Below are positions 37,486 through 51,130 of a DNA stretch of 64,000 nt, one piece after another. Under the pieces are notes generated by a model. It searched no databases and was not told the DNA's origin. It saw only the letters and a program-made list of their open reading frames with translations. The translations under genes and the position numbers were made by a program. The stretch lies in contig CM059432.1 in NCBI GenBank assembly GCA_030390025.1, positions 93,002,001 through 93,066,000 of the forward strand, written 5' to 3'. Each line of letters starts with the position of its first letter. Position 1 is the first letter of the stretch. The stretch comes from Squalus acanthias. Lineage: Eukaryota.

Positions 37486-38677
37486 AAGCCCCCGGAGATG
37501 CAACACCTGCCCTTTTACCTCCTCCCTTCCCACCGTCCAGGGCCTCAAACATTCCTTCCAGGTGAAACAACGATTTACTTGTATTTCTTGCAATTCAGTA
37601 TACTGTATTCGCTGCTCACGATGCGGTCTCCTCTACATTGGGGAGACCAAACGCAGATGGATGACCGCATTGTGGAACACCTCCATTCAGTCCGCAAGCG
37701 TGACCCTGAGCTTCCGGTCGCTTGTCATTTTAATTCGCGGCCCCACTCCCACTCTGACGGATCAGTCCTCAGCCTCCTACACTGTTCCAATAAAGCTCAA
37801 CGTAAGCTCGAGGAACAGCACCTCATCTTTCAATTAGGCACTTTACAGCCTTCTGGACTCAACATTGAGTTCAACAATTTCAGTTCATAACTTCTGCCCT
37901 TATTTTTTGGACAGCAGCTGTTGATGATTTTGCTATTCCCATTTAAACCTCCTCTAGACCCATCTTTCATTTCTTTACTTGTCCCACTACCATCTCCTTT
38001 TGCCTTGAAAAGAAAGTAAAACTTGAATTTATATAGCACCTTTCATGACCACTGGACGTGCCAAAGTGCTTTACAGCCAATGAACTACTTTTTTTGAAGT
38101 ATAGTTACTGAGTAATGTGGTAAACACGGCAGCCAATTTGCGCACAGGAAGCTCCCACAAACAGCAATGTGATAATGTCCAGATATTCTTATTTTAGTAA
38201 TGTTGATTGAGGGATAAATATTGGCCAGGCCATGGGGATAACTCCCCTGCTCCTCTTCAAAATAGTGCCAAGGGATCTTTTACGTCCACACGAGAGAGCA
38301 GACGGGGCTTCGGTTTAACACCTCATCTGAAAAATGGCACCTCTGACAGTGCTCCCTCAGTACTGGCGTGTCAGCCTAGAACCCACAACCAAAATCCCTT
38401 TTGCACCATCATCTCTTCTGTTAGTTAATCTCTCCTGCCTTCCACCCTATCACAGACCTCCCTTTTGTTCTTTCCTCCCCTCCTCCCTTTCCCTGCCTCT
38501 GTACTTGCTTGAAACCTGTTACATCTTTAACTTTTTCCAGTTCTGAAGAAAGGTCATCGATCTGAAATGTTAAATCTGTTTCTCTCTCCACAGATACTGC
38601 CTGACCTGCTGAGTATTTCCAGCACTTTTTGCTTTTATTTCAGATTTCCAGCATCCGCAGTATTTTGCTTTTGTATT
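37486..38677 (+). mobile_element. Penelope-like element 3' part with a GIY-YIG endonuclease remnant and a 15-bp TSD (AGGGTTTGGATATGA)
   Basis: C..C...VYCIRCSRCGLLYIGETKR...HFN...LGTLQPSGLN. TSD copies at 37471-37485 and 38678-38692. Confidence 0.9.
38006..38385 (-). mobile_element. SINE nested in the Penelope 3' UTR
   Basis: Reverse complement of the 18510-family body and tail. Confidence 0.78.
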
Positions 38678-39491
38678 AGGGTTTGGATATGAGCTGGCCA
38701 GACCAAACAAAAACTACTTCAAAACAGTCTACTTTTCCAAATGGGAATTTAAAATAAAGTTCAAATAGAAGCATTACTACTATTAATCTAACAATTCAAA
38801 TGAAGCCAATTAAAAGACAATATAGTGTTGTCGGACAAAAACTTTGAAGCACCATGTCCAAGCACTGGTTATTTGTTGCTAGTCCAGCAATAACTTTGCA
38901 ACTATTCATTGCAATATCCTGGTAAACATGTAGAAGCGCAAGCCCAATTTATTGGTTTTCAATGGTCAAATTGCAGAATTGACGAGCTCTGGAAGAACAT
39001 CGTTGCTTGTGTTCCATCGAGTGATCTAGGCACATTCTTTTGAAAGAAGCAGTGGTCCGATTTTAAAAATTCATAGCGATTTAGGGGGTGTCTGACCACT
39101 CTGAACATTCTTGCTGCCTACGCCACCTGTACTCATGTAGATGACATTATCTGACTGAACAACAGCAATCCAGATTATTTCTGTGGGCCCCAGAGAAGCA
39201 GTCCTGCTCCTGTTGGCCCCACAAAAATAATTTAAAACTTACCTTTTAGGGACCTTTGCCCCTCACCCCCCAGTTTCTTGTTCAAGAACCTGACTGCCTG
39301 TGTCCCTTTTTATTAATTCCTATCCCACAACACCATCCCTGTGTAGGCCTATCAACCAAACTAACTACCCCCTATCTCAAATGTTTCTCTCAGCAGATAC
39401 CTCATGTTGTACTGAAATGTACCCAATTGCCCTCACCACAATGGGTATGAATATTTATTGGCCATCTGAGACAAAATAATGAATTGTGTAA

Positions 39492-39760
39492 TAACAACAG
39501 AAAGCGCTGGAAAAACTCAGCAGGCCAGGCAACATCCGTGGAGAAACAGAGTTAACGTTTCAGGTTGAAGACCCTTCGTCAGAACTGAGAAAAAAGCAGG
39601 AAATGAAACAGATGAAGTTGGAGGCTGGGGGAAGGAATAAAAGAACAAAAGGGGAGGTCTGTGAGGAGTAGAGACATTAAGAGATGCTCAAGGCAAGATG
39701 AGATGGTAATAGGACAGGTTAAGAAACAAAAGATGGCTTGTGTAATTGTGTAAACAAAAG
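39492..39760 (-). mobile_element. Penelope 3'-end fragment with hammerhead (39550-39586)
   Basis: AGTT-CTGACGA-A-GGGT-CTTCA-ACCT-GAAA-CGT-T-AACT, flanked by ATGAATTGTGTAA repeats. Confidence 0.75.
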
Positions 39761-40439
39761 ATGAATTGTGTAACCTCAGTGGTCACTATGGAGATCCTCC
39801 AATGCCAGAATCATTGATGCCTCAAACTTCCCTTCATCTCAGTGCTATGGCCGATGGATTTCTAAACCTATGCAAATTCACTTTTTTTTTTAAAAACACA
39901 GCACTTAAACATAACTCAACCCCAAATCCTCTGTAAAAGAGAAAAAAAGCTCCAAAATCCCAAAACATGACCCATGAAACCCACTGTGGCTTTCATGCAT
40001 TGTACACATCTCTGCTCTCATAGGGATGTGAGGCTTTACCAGCTTTCAAGATTTTTATTTTTAAAAAGTATTCCATTTCCTTGGTGTGAAGCAATTCTGT
40101 CTTTCATTTATGTACAGCTAGGTATCTGACCAATTCTGTAAACTGAGGGGGGTGATTTTCTCGGATACTTTATGCGCTAAAAAGCCTACGAGTTGGCCAA
40201 GATGGGGTCGTAAGCTACAATGCCGGTTTAGCCCGCCTTTAGCACAAGACACCATTTTGGTAAAGGAGCTTAAGTGCGCGCTAGGAACGGCTGCCCGGAG
40301 AATTGTTCAGGCACTGATTGACAATTAAGCGCTCATTAAACAGGCTGCATAACATTTTGGTGGGTAATGCTTCAATTAACGACCTCCCCTAATAACGACC
40401 AGCTAAACAGGAGTAAACAAGTCCTTGCTGAGTATTTTG

Positions 40440-43400
40440 AGTGGAAATTCTCTGAGGACGTCACCTAAAAAGAATGTGGTAGTGGTAGGGGACAGTATAG
40501 TCAAGGGGATAGATACTGTTCTCTGCAGCAGCGACTGGGAGTTCCGAAGGTTGTGTTGCCTGCCCGGTGCCTGGGTTAAGGACATCCCCTCGCGGCTGGA
40601 GAATAACTGGGAGGGGGAGGATCCAATTGTTGTGGTCCACATAGAAACCAATGACATAGGTAGAACTAGGAATGAGGTTCTGCTGGGAGAGTTTGAGGAG
40701 CTATGGTCGAAATTAAAATGCAGAACCTCAAAGGTAATAATTTCTGGATTGTTACCTGAGCCACGCGCAAATTGGCATAGGGACAAACAGATTAGAAGGG
40801 TAAATGTGTGGCTGCGGTTTGGGTGGCAGGGGTTTCGCCTCATGGGGCATTGGCACTGTTTTATAATACGGTTGGCCAAATCATCAGTGGATTGTCCAGA
40901 GATTCCAACACACACACACACGAAAGAGGGAGCTGTTCCGTTGGGACGGACTCCACTTAAGAACATAAGAAATAAGAGCAGGAGTAGGCCATACGGCCCC
41001 TCAAGCCTGCTCCGCCATTCAATAAGATCATAGCTGATCATCGACCTCAACTCCACTTTCCCGCCCGATCTCTATCTCCCTTGATTCCCCTAGAGTCCAA
41101 AAATCTATCTATCTCAGCCCTGAATATACTCAAAGACGCAACATGCACAGCCCTCTGCGGCAAAGAATTCCAAAGATTCACAACCCTCTGAGTGAAGAAA
41201 TTCCTCCTCATCTCAGTCTTAAATGGCCTATCCCTTATCCTGAGACTACGCCCCCTAGTTTTAGACACTCTAGCCAGGGGAAACAGCCTCTCAGCATCTA
41301 CCCTGTCAATCCCCTTTAGAATCTTGTATGTTTCAATGAGATCACCTCTTATTCTTCTAAACTCCAGAGAGTATAGGCCCATTCTACACAATCTCTCATC
41401 ATAGGTCAGCCCTCTCATCCCAGGAATCAATCTAGTGAACCTTCGTTGCACCGCCTCCAAGGCAAGTACTGTATATCCTTCCTTAGATAAGGAGACCAAA
41501 ACTGTGTACAGTACTCCAGGTGTGGTCTCACCAAGGCCCTGTACAATTGTAGCAAGACTTCCTTACTCTTGTACTCCAACCCCCTTGCAATAAAGGCCAA
41601 CCTGCCATTTGCCTTCCTTATTGCTTGCTGTACCTGCATGCTAGCTTTCTGTGTTTCTTGCACGAGGACACCCAAATCTCTCTGAACACCAACATTTGAA
41701 AGTTTCTCACCATTTAAAAAATATTCTGTTTTTCTATTCTTCCTACCAAAGTGAATAACCTCACATTTCCCTGCATTATACTCCATCTACCACCTTACTA
41801 ATATCCCTTTATAGACTCTGTGTTCTCCTCACAGCTTACTGTCCCACATAGCTTTATATCATCAGCAAACTTGGATACATTACACTCAGTCCCTTCATCT
41901 AGGTCATTAATATAGATTGTAAATAGCTGAGGCCCCAACACTGATCCTTGCGGCACCCCACTAGTTACAGCCTGCCAACCTGAAAGAGATCCGTTTATCC
42001 CTACTCTCTGTTTTCTGTCCGTTAACCAATCCTCTATCTATGCTACTATATTACCCCCAACCCCATGAGCCCTAATCTTGTGTAATAACCTTTTATGTGG
42101 CACCTTATCGAATGACTTTTGGAAATCCAAATATACTACATCCACTGGTTCCCCTTTATCTACCCTGCTAGTTACATCCTCAAAAAACTCTAATAAATTT
42201 GTCAAACACGATTTCCCTTTCATAAAACCATGTTGACTCTGCCTGATCATGTTATGATTTTCTAAGTGCCCCGATACCACTTCCTTAACAATGGATTCCA
42301 GCATTTTCCCGACGACTGATGTCAGGCTAACTGGCCTTTAGTTGCCTGTTTTCTCTCTCCCTCCTTTCTTGAATAGCAGTGTTACATTTGCGACCTTCCA
42401 ATCCACTGGGACCGTTCTAGAATCTAGGGAATTTTGGAAGATCAAAACCAATGCATCCACTATCTCTTCAGCCACCTCTTTTAGAACCCTAGGATGTAGG
42501 CCGTCGGGTCCAGGGGATTTGTCAGCTTTTAGTCCATTTAGTTTCTCTAGTACTTTTTCTATACTTATATTAATTACGTTAAGTTCCTCACCCTCATTCC
42601 CCACCATTTTTGGTATGCTTTTTGTGTCTTCTACTGTGAAAACAGATACAAAATATTTGTTTAACGTTTCAGCCATTTCCTTATTCCCCATAATAATTTC
42701 TCCTGTCTCAGCCTCTAAGGGACCAACGTTTACTTTTGCTACTCTTTTCTTTTTTACATACTTGTAGAAACTCTTACAATCTACTTTTATATTTCTTGCT
42801 AGTTTTCTCTCATTCTATTTTTTCCCTTTTTATCAACTTTTTCGTCAACCTTTGCTGGTTTCTGAAACTCTTCCAATCCTCAGGCTTATTATTATTCTTT
42901 GCAACATTATAAGCTTCTTCTTTCAATCTAATGCTATCCTTAACTTCTTTAGTTAGCCACGGTTGGATCACTTTTCCCGTGGAGTTTTTGTTTCTCAATG
43001 GAATGTATTTTTGTTGAGAATTATGAAATATTTCTTTAAATGCTAGCCACTGCTTATCTACCGCCATACCTTTTAATCTATTTTTCCAATCTACCTTAGC
43101 CAACTCGCCCCTCATACCTATGTAATTGGCTTTATTTAAGTTTAAGGCTCTAGTTTTGGACTTAGGCAAGTCAATCTCAAAATTAATGTGAAATTCTATC
43201 ATATTATGATCACTCTGCCCCTGAAGATCCTTTACTATGAGATTGCTAATTAACCCTGTCTCATTACACAGTACAAGATCTAAAATAGCCTGTTCCCTGG
43301 TTGGTTCCATGACATATTGTTCTAGGAAACTGTCTCGAATGCATCCCATGAACTCGTCCTCCAGACTACCTTTGCCAATTTGATTTGTCCAGTCTATATG

Positions 43401-45636
43401 AAGATTAAAGTCCCCCAAGATTATTGCATTACCTTTGTTGCAAGCTCCTACTATTTCTTGATTAATATTCTGTCCAACGGTACAGCTACTGTTAGGGGGC
43501 CTATATACTACTCCTACCAGTAAACCGGGCTGGAACCAGTGTCCGACAAATCGAGTATCTAGGGCGGTAGATAGGGCTTTAAACTACTGAAGTGGGGTGG
43601 TGGGAGGATTCAGGATTGGGTAAATTCAAAAGCAGTAAGAGAAATGTCAAGGCTGTAGAGCAGAGTAGCGATTTGGGTAAAAATAAGCAGAGTGAGTCAG
43701 GAACGGATAGAGAGCTTAACAAAGGTAATAGGGCATTACAGACGAAGGTAACATCAGGGAAAAATAGAACAAAAATAAAACTAAAGGCACTATATCTGAA
43801 TGTGTGAAGCATTTGCAACAAAATAGATGAATTAATAGCACAAATAGAAATTGATCTAATAGCCATTACGGAGACGTGGCTGCAGAGTGACCAAGGTTGG
43901 GAATTAAATATTCCAGGATACATGGCTTTTAGAAGAGATAGGCAAAATGGAAATGGGGGGTGGGGTGGTTAGCCCTGATAATAAAGGATGCGATAAAGAC
44001 ACTAGAGAGAGAAAGGATCTTATCTCAGAAAATCAAGATGTAGAATCTGTTTGGGTGGAGCTAAGAAACAACAAGGGGCAGAAAACACTGATGAGAGTAG
44101 TTTATAGGCCCCCTAACAGTAGTTGTAGTGTTGGGCAGAGTATAAATCATGAAATTAGAGGGGCATGTAACAAGGGTAATACAGTAATCATGGGGGACTT
44201 TCATATAGACTGGCCAAACCAAATTTGCAGCAATAGTGTGGAGGACGAGTTCATGGAATGTATTCTGGATAGTTTTCTAGATCAGTACGTCAAGGAACCA
44301 ACTAGGGAACAGGCTATTTTAGATCCAGTATTGTGCAACGAGAAAGGGTTAATTAATAACCTTGTAGTAAAGCAGCCTCTGGGGAAGCGTGATTATAATA
44401 TGATAGACTTTGAGAGTGATTTAGTCAAGTCTGAAACTAGGGTCTTAAATCTGAACAAAGCAAACTACATAGGTATGAGGGGCAAGTTGGCTAAGGTAGA
44501 TATAAAACTAGATTAAAAGATATGGCAGTAGATAAGCAATGGCAAACATTTAAAGAATTAATTCATAATTCACAATGAATATACATTCCCCTACGGAATA
44601 AAACCCCCACAGGAATAGAGGCCCAATAGTGACGAACAAGAGAAGTTAAAGATAGTATTAGATTAAAGGAAGATGCTTATAATGCTGGCAAAAAAAATAG
44701 TAAATTGAGGATTGGGAGGATTTGAGAATTCAGCAAAAGATGACCAAGAAATTGTTAGAGAGAGAGAAAAGAGAATATGAGAGTAAACTAACAAGAGACA
44801 TACAAGATTGTAAAAGATTCTATAGGTATGTAAAAAGGAAGAGATTAGCGAAAGTAAACATGGGTCCCTTCGAGGCAGGGGCAGGAGAAATTATAATGGG
44901 GAATAAGGAAATGGCAGAAACATTAAACGAGTACTTTGTATCTGTCTTCATGGTAGAAGACACTAGTGCGGTACTGCAAAGATCAGTGCTTGGGCCTCGG
45001 CTATTTACAATCTATATCAGTGACTTAGATAAGGGGACCAAGTGTAATGTATTCAAGTTTGCTGACGATACAAATTTAGGTGGGAAAGTAAGCTGTGAGG
45101 AAGATGCAAAGAGGCTGCAGAGAGATATAGACAGGTTAAGTGAGTGGGCAAGAACATGGCAGATGGAATATAATGTGGAGAAGTGTGAAGTTATCCTATG
45201 AGGAGAGATTGAGTAGACTAGGCCTATATTCCCTAGAGTTTAAAAGAATGAGAGGTGATCTTATTGAAACATATACAATTCTTAAGGGGCTTGACAGGGT
45301 AGTTGCTGGGAGGATGGTTCCCCTGGCTGGAGAGTCTAAAACTTGGGGTCACAGTCTCAGAATAAGACATTGGCCATTTAGGACTGAGATGAGGAGAAAT
45401 TTCTTCACTCAAAAAGGGTTGCGAATCTTTGTAATTCTCTACCCCAGAGAGCTATGGATGCTCAGTCGTTGAGTATATTCTTTGGATTTTTGGATACTAA
45501 TGGAAGCAAGGGATATGGGGATAGGGCAGGAAGGTGGAGTTGAGGTAGAAGATCAGTCATGATCTTACTGCATGGCGGAGCAGGCTTTAAAGGCCAAATG
45601 GCCTACTCCTGCTCCTATTTCTTATGTTCTTATGTG
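40440..45636 (+). mobile_element. CR1 (ORF1 esterase ~40440-40860; ORF1 end and deleted ORF2 at 43521-45636) split by an antisense CR1
   Basis: VVGDS...CLPGA...TND motifs, GCTTTAAACTA junction at ~43577, TTCTTATG tail. Confidence 0.85.
40958..43520 (-). mobile_element. CR1 LINE from mid-endonuclease to the 3' end, with stops and frameshifts
   Basis: ORFs 41047-43418 with GDFN, SDH and RT motifs. Confidence 0.93.
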
Positions 45637-45689
45637 GCACCAGCATACGTTATCCCCAAGAAAGAATAAGGAGGCCACATACTCCTTGT

Positions 45690-46650
45690 AAAATAAAGGT
45701 TTAAATGGCGTAGAGGAACAGAGGGATCTGGAGGTACAGATTCACAAATCACTAAAAGTAGCAATGCAGGTTAATATGGTCATAAAAAATGCAAACAAAG
45801 CACTGGGATTCATTTCTAGAGGGATAGAATTGAAAAGCAGAGAAACATAACATAGAAACATAGAAACATAGAAACATAGAAACATAGAAACATAGAAACA
45901 TAGAAACATAGAAACATAGAAACATAGAATCTAGGAGCAGGAGTAGGCCATTCGGCCCGTCGAGCCTGCTCCGCCATTCAATACGATCATGGCTGATCAT
46001 CCAAATCCAGTACCCTGTCCCTGCTTTAATCCCCACAGTACACATATCCCACCCTACCCCCGTAACCCCACGGGTTATGAAGTTATGTTAAACTTATTTA
46101 GACCACACTTGGAGTACTGTGAACAGTTCTGGTCTCCATATTATAAAAAAGGATAATGAGGTACTAGAGAAGGTGCAAATAAAATTACTAGAATGAAACC
46201 AGAACTGAGAGGTTATAACCATCAGGAAAGATTGAAAAGGCTGGGGCTCTTTTCTCTAGAAAAGAAGACCGAGGGGTGACCTGAGAAGTCTTTAAGATAA
46301 TGAAAGGGTTTGATAGGGTAGACGTAAAGAAGATGTTTCCACTTGTGGGTGAGACCAGAACGAGGGGCAATAAATATAAGATAGTCATTAATAAATCCAA
46401 TAGAGATTCAGGAGAAACTTCTTTACCCAGAGAGTGATTAGAACGTTGAACTCACTACCAGAAGGAGTAGTTGAGGCCACCAGCATAGATGCATTTAAGG
46501 GGAAGCTAGATAAACACATGAGGGAGAAGGAATAGAAGGATATGTTGATGGGGTTAGATGAGGAAGGGTGAGAGAAGACTCGTGTGGAGCATAAACACTG
46601 CCATGGACCTGTTGGGCGAATGGCCTGTTTCTGTGCTGTAAATTCTATAT
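45690..46650 (+). mobile_element. Decayed CR1 3' part containing a short antisense CR1 end at 45843-46075
   Basis: CR1 C-terminal sequence on both sides of the insert. Confidence 0.8.
45851..45928 (-). repeat. Expanded CR1 tail octamer (TTTCTATG)n, about 10 copies
   Basis: (CATAGAAA)n on the + strand abutting a CR1 3' UTR. Confidence 0.9.
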
Positions 46651-46651
46651 A

Positions 46652-47008
46652 CAGGAAACTCTTTTATTAACCGGCACCCAAATATCCGGAAATCTCTCTT
46701 AACCGGCAAAATTCTTGAGTAGGGTTTTCCTTCATCTCTCGTTTAAAATTAACTTTAAAAAAAACCCCGAGGCGTTTGCCTTGTATCGGAGCGTGTAGAT
46801 TGGGAGGGGAATGTGCAGCCCGGGTAGGCAGCGGACACGACAGATGGTCAGCTGGCGGTCCCCAGGGAGACGGAGCTCCGAATGCAGGCGCATGTCAATG
46901 TGTACGGGGCTCTCGTACGTTGGTAGATATAACTCTCCATTATCCGGACTTTCTGATTAACCGGCACCACGCCGGTCCCGTCAGTGCCGGTTAATAAAGA
47001 GTTTCCTG
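46652..47008. mobile_element. Tc1/mariner-superfamily (pogo/Tigger-like) MITE
   Basis: ~25-bp TIRs CAGGAAACTCTTT(T)ATTAACCGGCAC and a TA TSD. Confidence 0.85.
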
Positions 47009-47544
47009 TAATACTATGTATTTGCTACAACCCCATATTTTAAATCTTTTAATAAAGTGGTCCAAAACAGGAAGGTGCTCCCCCAGTTCAAGGTCACCTA
47101 TTAACTGTGCCGCATTACAGAACACTATGTCTGAGATTCGATCCCCTCTATGGAAAATGTAAACCCAGAGTATTTATAAAATAACTAAATTGCAAAAGTA
47201 GGTCAAGGTGACACAGGTTCAAACTAATTAAAGGCAAATTTATGAATGATGTCTGGAAGTTCTTCTTTGCACAAAATGATCAATATATGGAATTAAATTC
47301 TGGATAGAGTAGAGGAAGTGAAAATCCTGAAATCATTTAAGAAAATATTAGATGCGAGTGTAGGGTCTTTCCAGATGGAGAAACCAAGACAGACCAAATG
47401 GCACTTCTCATCTGTATTCATATTGTGATCTGGTTAGCCTTACTTGTATCATATTTACCATACTGTATCACCAGGTATAATACATTCTATTTATACCATG
47501 TATTTAAAATATTTAGAAACTGTGTGTGATTGACCAGTTGTTAC

Positions 47545-47659
47545 CTTGTGCCGAACAAAGATTTCTGTAGAAAATTTCCTTCTCTGACTTCGACATTGCA
47601 ATTCGGGCATCTTTCTTTCTAATTTCTAGCTGGATGAATTCAATTTCCGCTTGTAGCTC
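47545..47659 (-). CDS. Coiled-coil gene exon 5 (ELQAEIEFIQLEIRKKDARIAMSKSEKEIFYRNLCSAQ)
   Basis: Acceptor acttttgtag, donor AAG|GTAACA, 115 nt, phase 0-1. Confidence 0.88.
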
Positions 47660-47869
47660 CTACAAAAGTCACACAATTCACAGGGATCCTGAGAACTCCA
47701 GTACATTTTCAGAATCAAAGAAAAAAAAAATCAAAATTTTAACAAGTGTACACTTTTTAGTTAATCCTTAGAATACTGCAACTGCTTTTTCATCTGTTCA
47801 TTTTCTTAGTTCTCCTTTCTTTCTAACATTTATTAGCTATTTGTAGGAAGTCATTTTCACTGAGGGGAG

Positions 47870-48590
47870 GGGGGGAACAGTGGCAGATGGAATTTAATAC
47901 AGGCAAGTGTAAAGTATGACAAAATGAAGAAAAAAATAGGCATCATACATATTCTGCAAATGGTTTCAAGATAGCTAAGGGGGAAAGTTGACAGATAAGT
48001 GGCATTAATATACTCAGTGTTGTCCAATCAACATAGAGTAGCAACCAACAAGGGAAATAGAATGCTAAACTATATTGCCAAAACAGGACAATGCAAGTCA
48101 GAAGAAGTCATGCTTAAAATGTGCAATGTTTACACCTTGAGTATGTGTTCAGTTCTAGTCACTGAGACAGATGCATTTCAGCCCTCAAGTCAGCACAGAG
48201 AAGAGGAATGAGAGTGATTCCTGGTGTTAGAGGATTGGGTTATTTGAGAAAAGACTAGAAAAAGCTGATCTATTCAGCCTTGAAAGGAGGTCACTGAGAG
48301 CCATGTAGAGCTATAATATCAGACAGTAAACAGCATTGAAACAGTAAATCTAGAATACATTAATCTGTGGCAGTAGGACAAAGCAATACAAATTCAAACT
48401 AGCTGAAGGCAAATTTACAACTGATGTCACAAAGTTCCTTATCAGACAAAGAATTATCAACGCAGGAATGAACTGAGCAGACTATCGGAAACAAAAACCC
48501 TGGAAGCACTTAAACAGTTGGATTCTGTGATGGGGGAGGGAAACGTTTTTTCTAGAAGGCCAAATGACCTCCTCATTTGTATCTTATGAT
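47870..48590 (+). mobile_element. Ancient decayed CR1 3' fragment
   Basis: Degenerate WQMEFN..KC and downstream CR1 motifs. Confidence 0.6.
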
Positions 48591-49186
48591 TGTTAAAAAT
48601 AGTTCATTACTTTTAAACGAAACATGCTATTTTTTAAAATACTAATTGAAAGTGATGATGCACTAAAAACTAGCTAGAATGTAACATGAATCAAATTACT
48701 AGCCTGAGGCCATACATTAAACTTCCAGAGCCACAAATTTGACATTACTGAACTAGTCCTTGTACTTTAAAGCCAGAAAGTGCAGGAAACACTCAACAGG
48801 TGACAGGGAGGTGGGAAATCAACCTGGGTTCTCCCTCCCGATTGTTATGCAATGACCCCCCGAAAAGTCCCTGTGTGTCAATATTCAGTGATGATAGGAT
48901 TGGACTTGGCCGAGATGCCTTCCCTGGTCATACAGCTGTCTGATGCACACAAACAATCCTGGAGAGCTGCTGGCACTTGTGGAACTGCACTGCAATGAGT
49001 CATCACCTTCAGGCAAAAAGGGAAGAAAGTTAGAAAAAGAAAGCTTTTATATGATAGGGGAGCAATACAGATGTGAAAATTAAATACCAACATCACAAGA
49101 GGGCACTAAATGCATTACAATGTTTTTCATATTTTGTACATAGTTCAAATGAAAATTTGTCATGAGATAAGTACAATTATAACTAC

Positions 49187-49265
49187 CTTCATTTCTCTCA
49201 ACATCTTCTCAGCCTCGTATGTAATTTTTGGTGGAATGCTTGCAGCTTTCTTAGCTTGCTCCCGT
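49187..49265 (-). CDS. Coiled-coil gene exon 4 (REQAKKAASIPPKITYEAEKMLREMK)
   Basis: Follows the AC acceptor. 79 nt, donor AAG|GTAGTT, phase 2-0. Confidence 0.88.
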
Positions 49266-49481
49266 GTTAATACTTCTAGTCAAGGAGTGTACACTTTATA
49301 GATAGTATTGACGTAACATAGGAGTTTAATATCTGCAATTGTATTATTACAATAATTTATATATACTGCTATTTGTTGCCAGTAATAAAACAAAACATAA
49401 GATATGAACTCTATACGCTTCTGAATTTTTCTATACTATAATTAATCTTTATTATATTTTTCTACAAATGCTGAAGGATAT
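49266..49481 (-). other. U12-type (minor spliceosome) AT-AC intron, 216 nt
   Basis: 5' end ATATCCTTC (49481), branch site TCCTTGAC (49286-49279), 13 nt further to the terminal AC (49266). Splicing restores the frame F-L-R-E-Q. Confidence 0.9.
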
Positions 49482-49577
49482 AGGAAACTGGTTTCTAGTT
49501 CCAATAGACAAACTTGCTGCTGAAGATTCTTTATATACTCAGTTTCGATGGAAGCCAATGGCTCTGCTGCCCATTTT
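49482..49577 (-). CDS. Coiled-coil gene exon 3 (KWAAEPLASIETEYIKNLQQQVCLLELETSFL)
   Basis: Acceptor cttctattttag, 96 nt, ends at the U12 donor ATATCCTT. Heptad-like pattern. Lies within ORF 49442..49642. Confidence 0.88.
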
Positions 49578-49758
49578 CTAAAATAGAAGTGTAATAGAGA
49601 AAGTGGGAATGAACAATGTGCATTACTTACTATACCACACAAAGAGCAAGTTAAAATATGTAGCCATGTCTACTGTACTCTTGCCCATTTTTGGACAACG
49701 TTCCAGCACTGATATAGATCAACCAGAAGAGGGCCCATGTGTTGTTAATTGGGCTCAC

Positions 49759-49899
49759 CTCCTGAGATCCCTTTCACTTTTTTGCTGGATACCCACTATT
49801 TTGGTATTGGAACCAAATACCTTTGTTGGAACCAGTGGTTGAAATATCATCACTTTCAAGCCAAGGCTTTGGGGTGAGGCAGAAGCCTTCAAATAAAAA
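49759..49899 (-). CDS. Coiled-coil gene exon 2 (FYLKASASPQSLGLKVMIFQPLVPTKVFGSNTKIVGIQQKSERDLR)
   Basis: Acceptor ctttattgcag, donor AG|GTGAGC, 141 nt, phase 2-2, open frame. Internal ATG at 49850. Confidence 0.75.
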
Positions 49900-51130
49900 C
49901 TGCAATAAAGATACAAAAATAATTGAATGGATAAACTGAATCATGTTATTGTGAGATATGTAACTTGGACATTAGAAATTTCACTTACTGAGAAAAGGCA
50001 AACAAGATGTTTTTCAAAAACATGCTGAGTGATTCAATTGGTTCATTATATACCGTGACTGCAAAATATTTGAAGTTCACCCCCACTATAAAAATGTTTA
50101 CATACAGAATCACGTTATAAATGCTTACATTATGTAAGCTACTACAATCCACTATTGTATATTGCTACTTCTCAGTTATTTTTAATAAATACGTTCCATA
50201 GTTTATAGCCTAAGCCATGGTATGGTAAGGTGATTGTTCTACAGCTTTCTGAAAGCTAGGATATCACAAGAGCGCTCAGGACATATCCAGTTAACTAAAT
50301 ATAGTGGCGGGAGTTTCTGTTGACTCCTAGGCTCACTATATGATCAGATATTAGGTGTTTAATAGACACTCCAGTTTGTAGCGTGAAGACTCATGTAAAC
50401 ACAGGGTCATTGACTTCTTCCAAGCACACACGCACACATAAACCGTCTTTTGGGTTTTGCCTTATATAGTGAACTTCTTGTTCTTCCCCAGGGGTGGGTG
50501 ATGCCACAATTCCAACTTCCCACAGTCCCATCCTTCAGGATCATTACAGTAGGGAGTGAGGGCTCATTTAAGAGAGTGGTCTGTGGCACACAGCATGAGA
50601 AAGATCTGAGTAAAATCCCCCAAAAAGTAATGGCTACTATCTACTTTATCTGTTAACAACTTTAAAGAAATTAAGGAGGTTGCTCAGACATAATCCCTTC
50701 TAAATCTAAGGTGATTGCTTCTTATTAAATTATTGCATCATCATAAACAAGTACTAATAATCCATTGGAATGACCGCTTATGAGATTGAAAGAAACACTA
50801 ATCTAGCTGGTAGTACTATGTGAATATATTGCTAATCTTGCTGAAGCTAAGAACCTTATTTTATTTTTGCAGAGATTATGTTTAATATGATATGGAAAAT
50901 AATTCATCAATTTGAACAGATTTTTATTTATATTTAGTAATCTAATAAATTATAATAGTTGTGGTTTTTTTTTATATGACGCATATCTTTCACAATAGTC
51001 TAGCAGGTAAAGGCACTGCCCAGAGTAATAATATGCTACACTTAAAGGTGCCATGTTCAATTTTTGGTCTGTGCTGATTTGGCTAATCTCAGGTAGTAAC
51101 TGACATATTAATAATAGGCCTTAGCACTTT

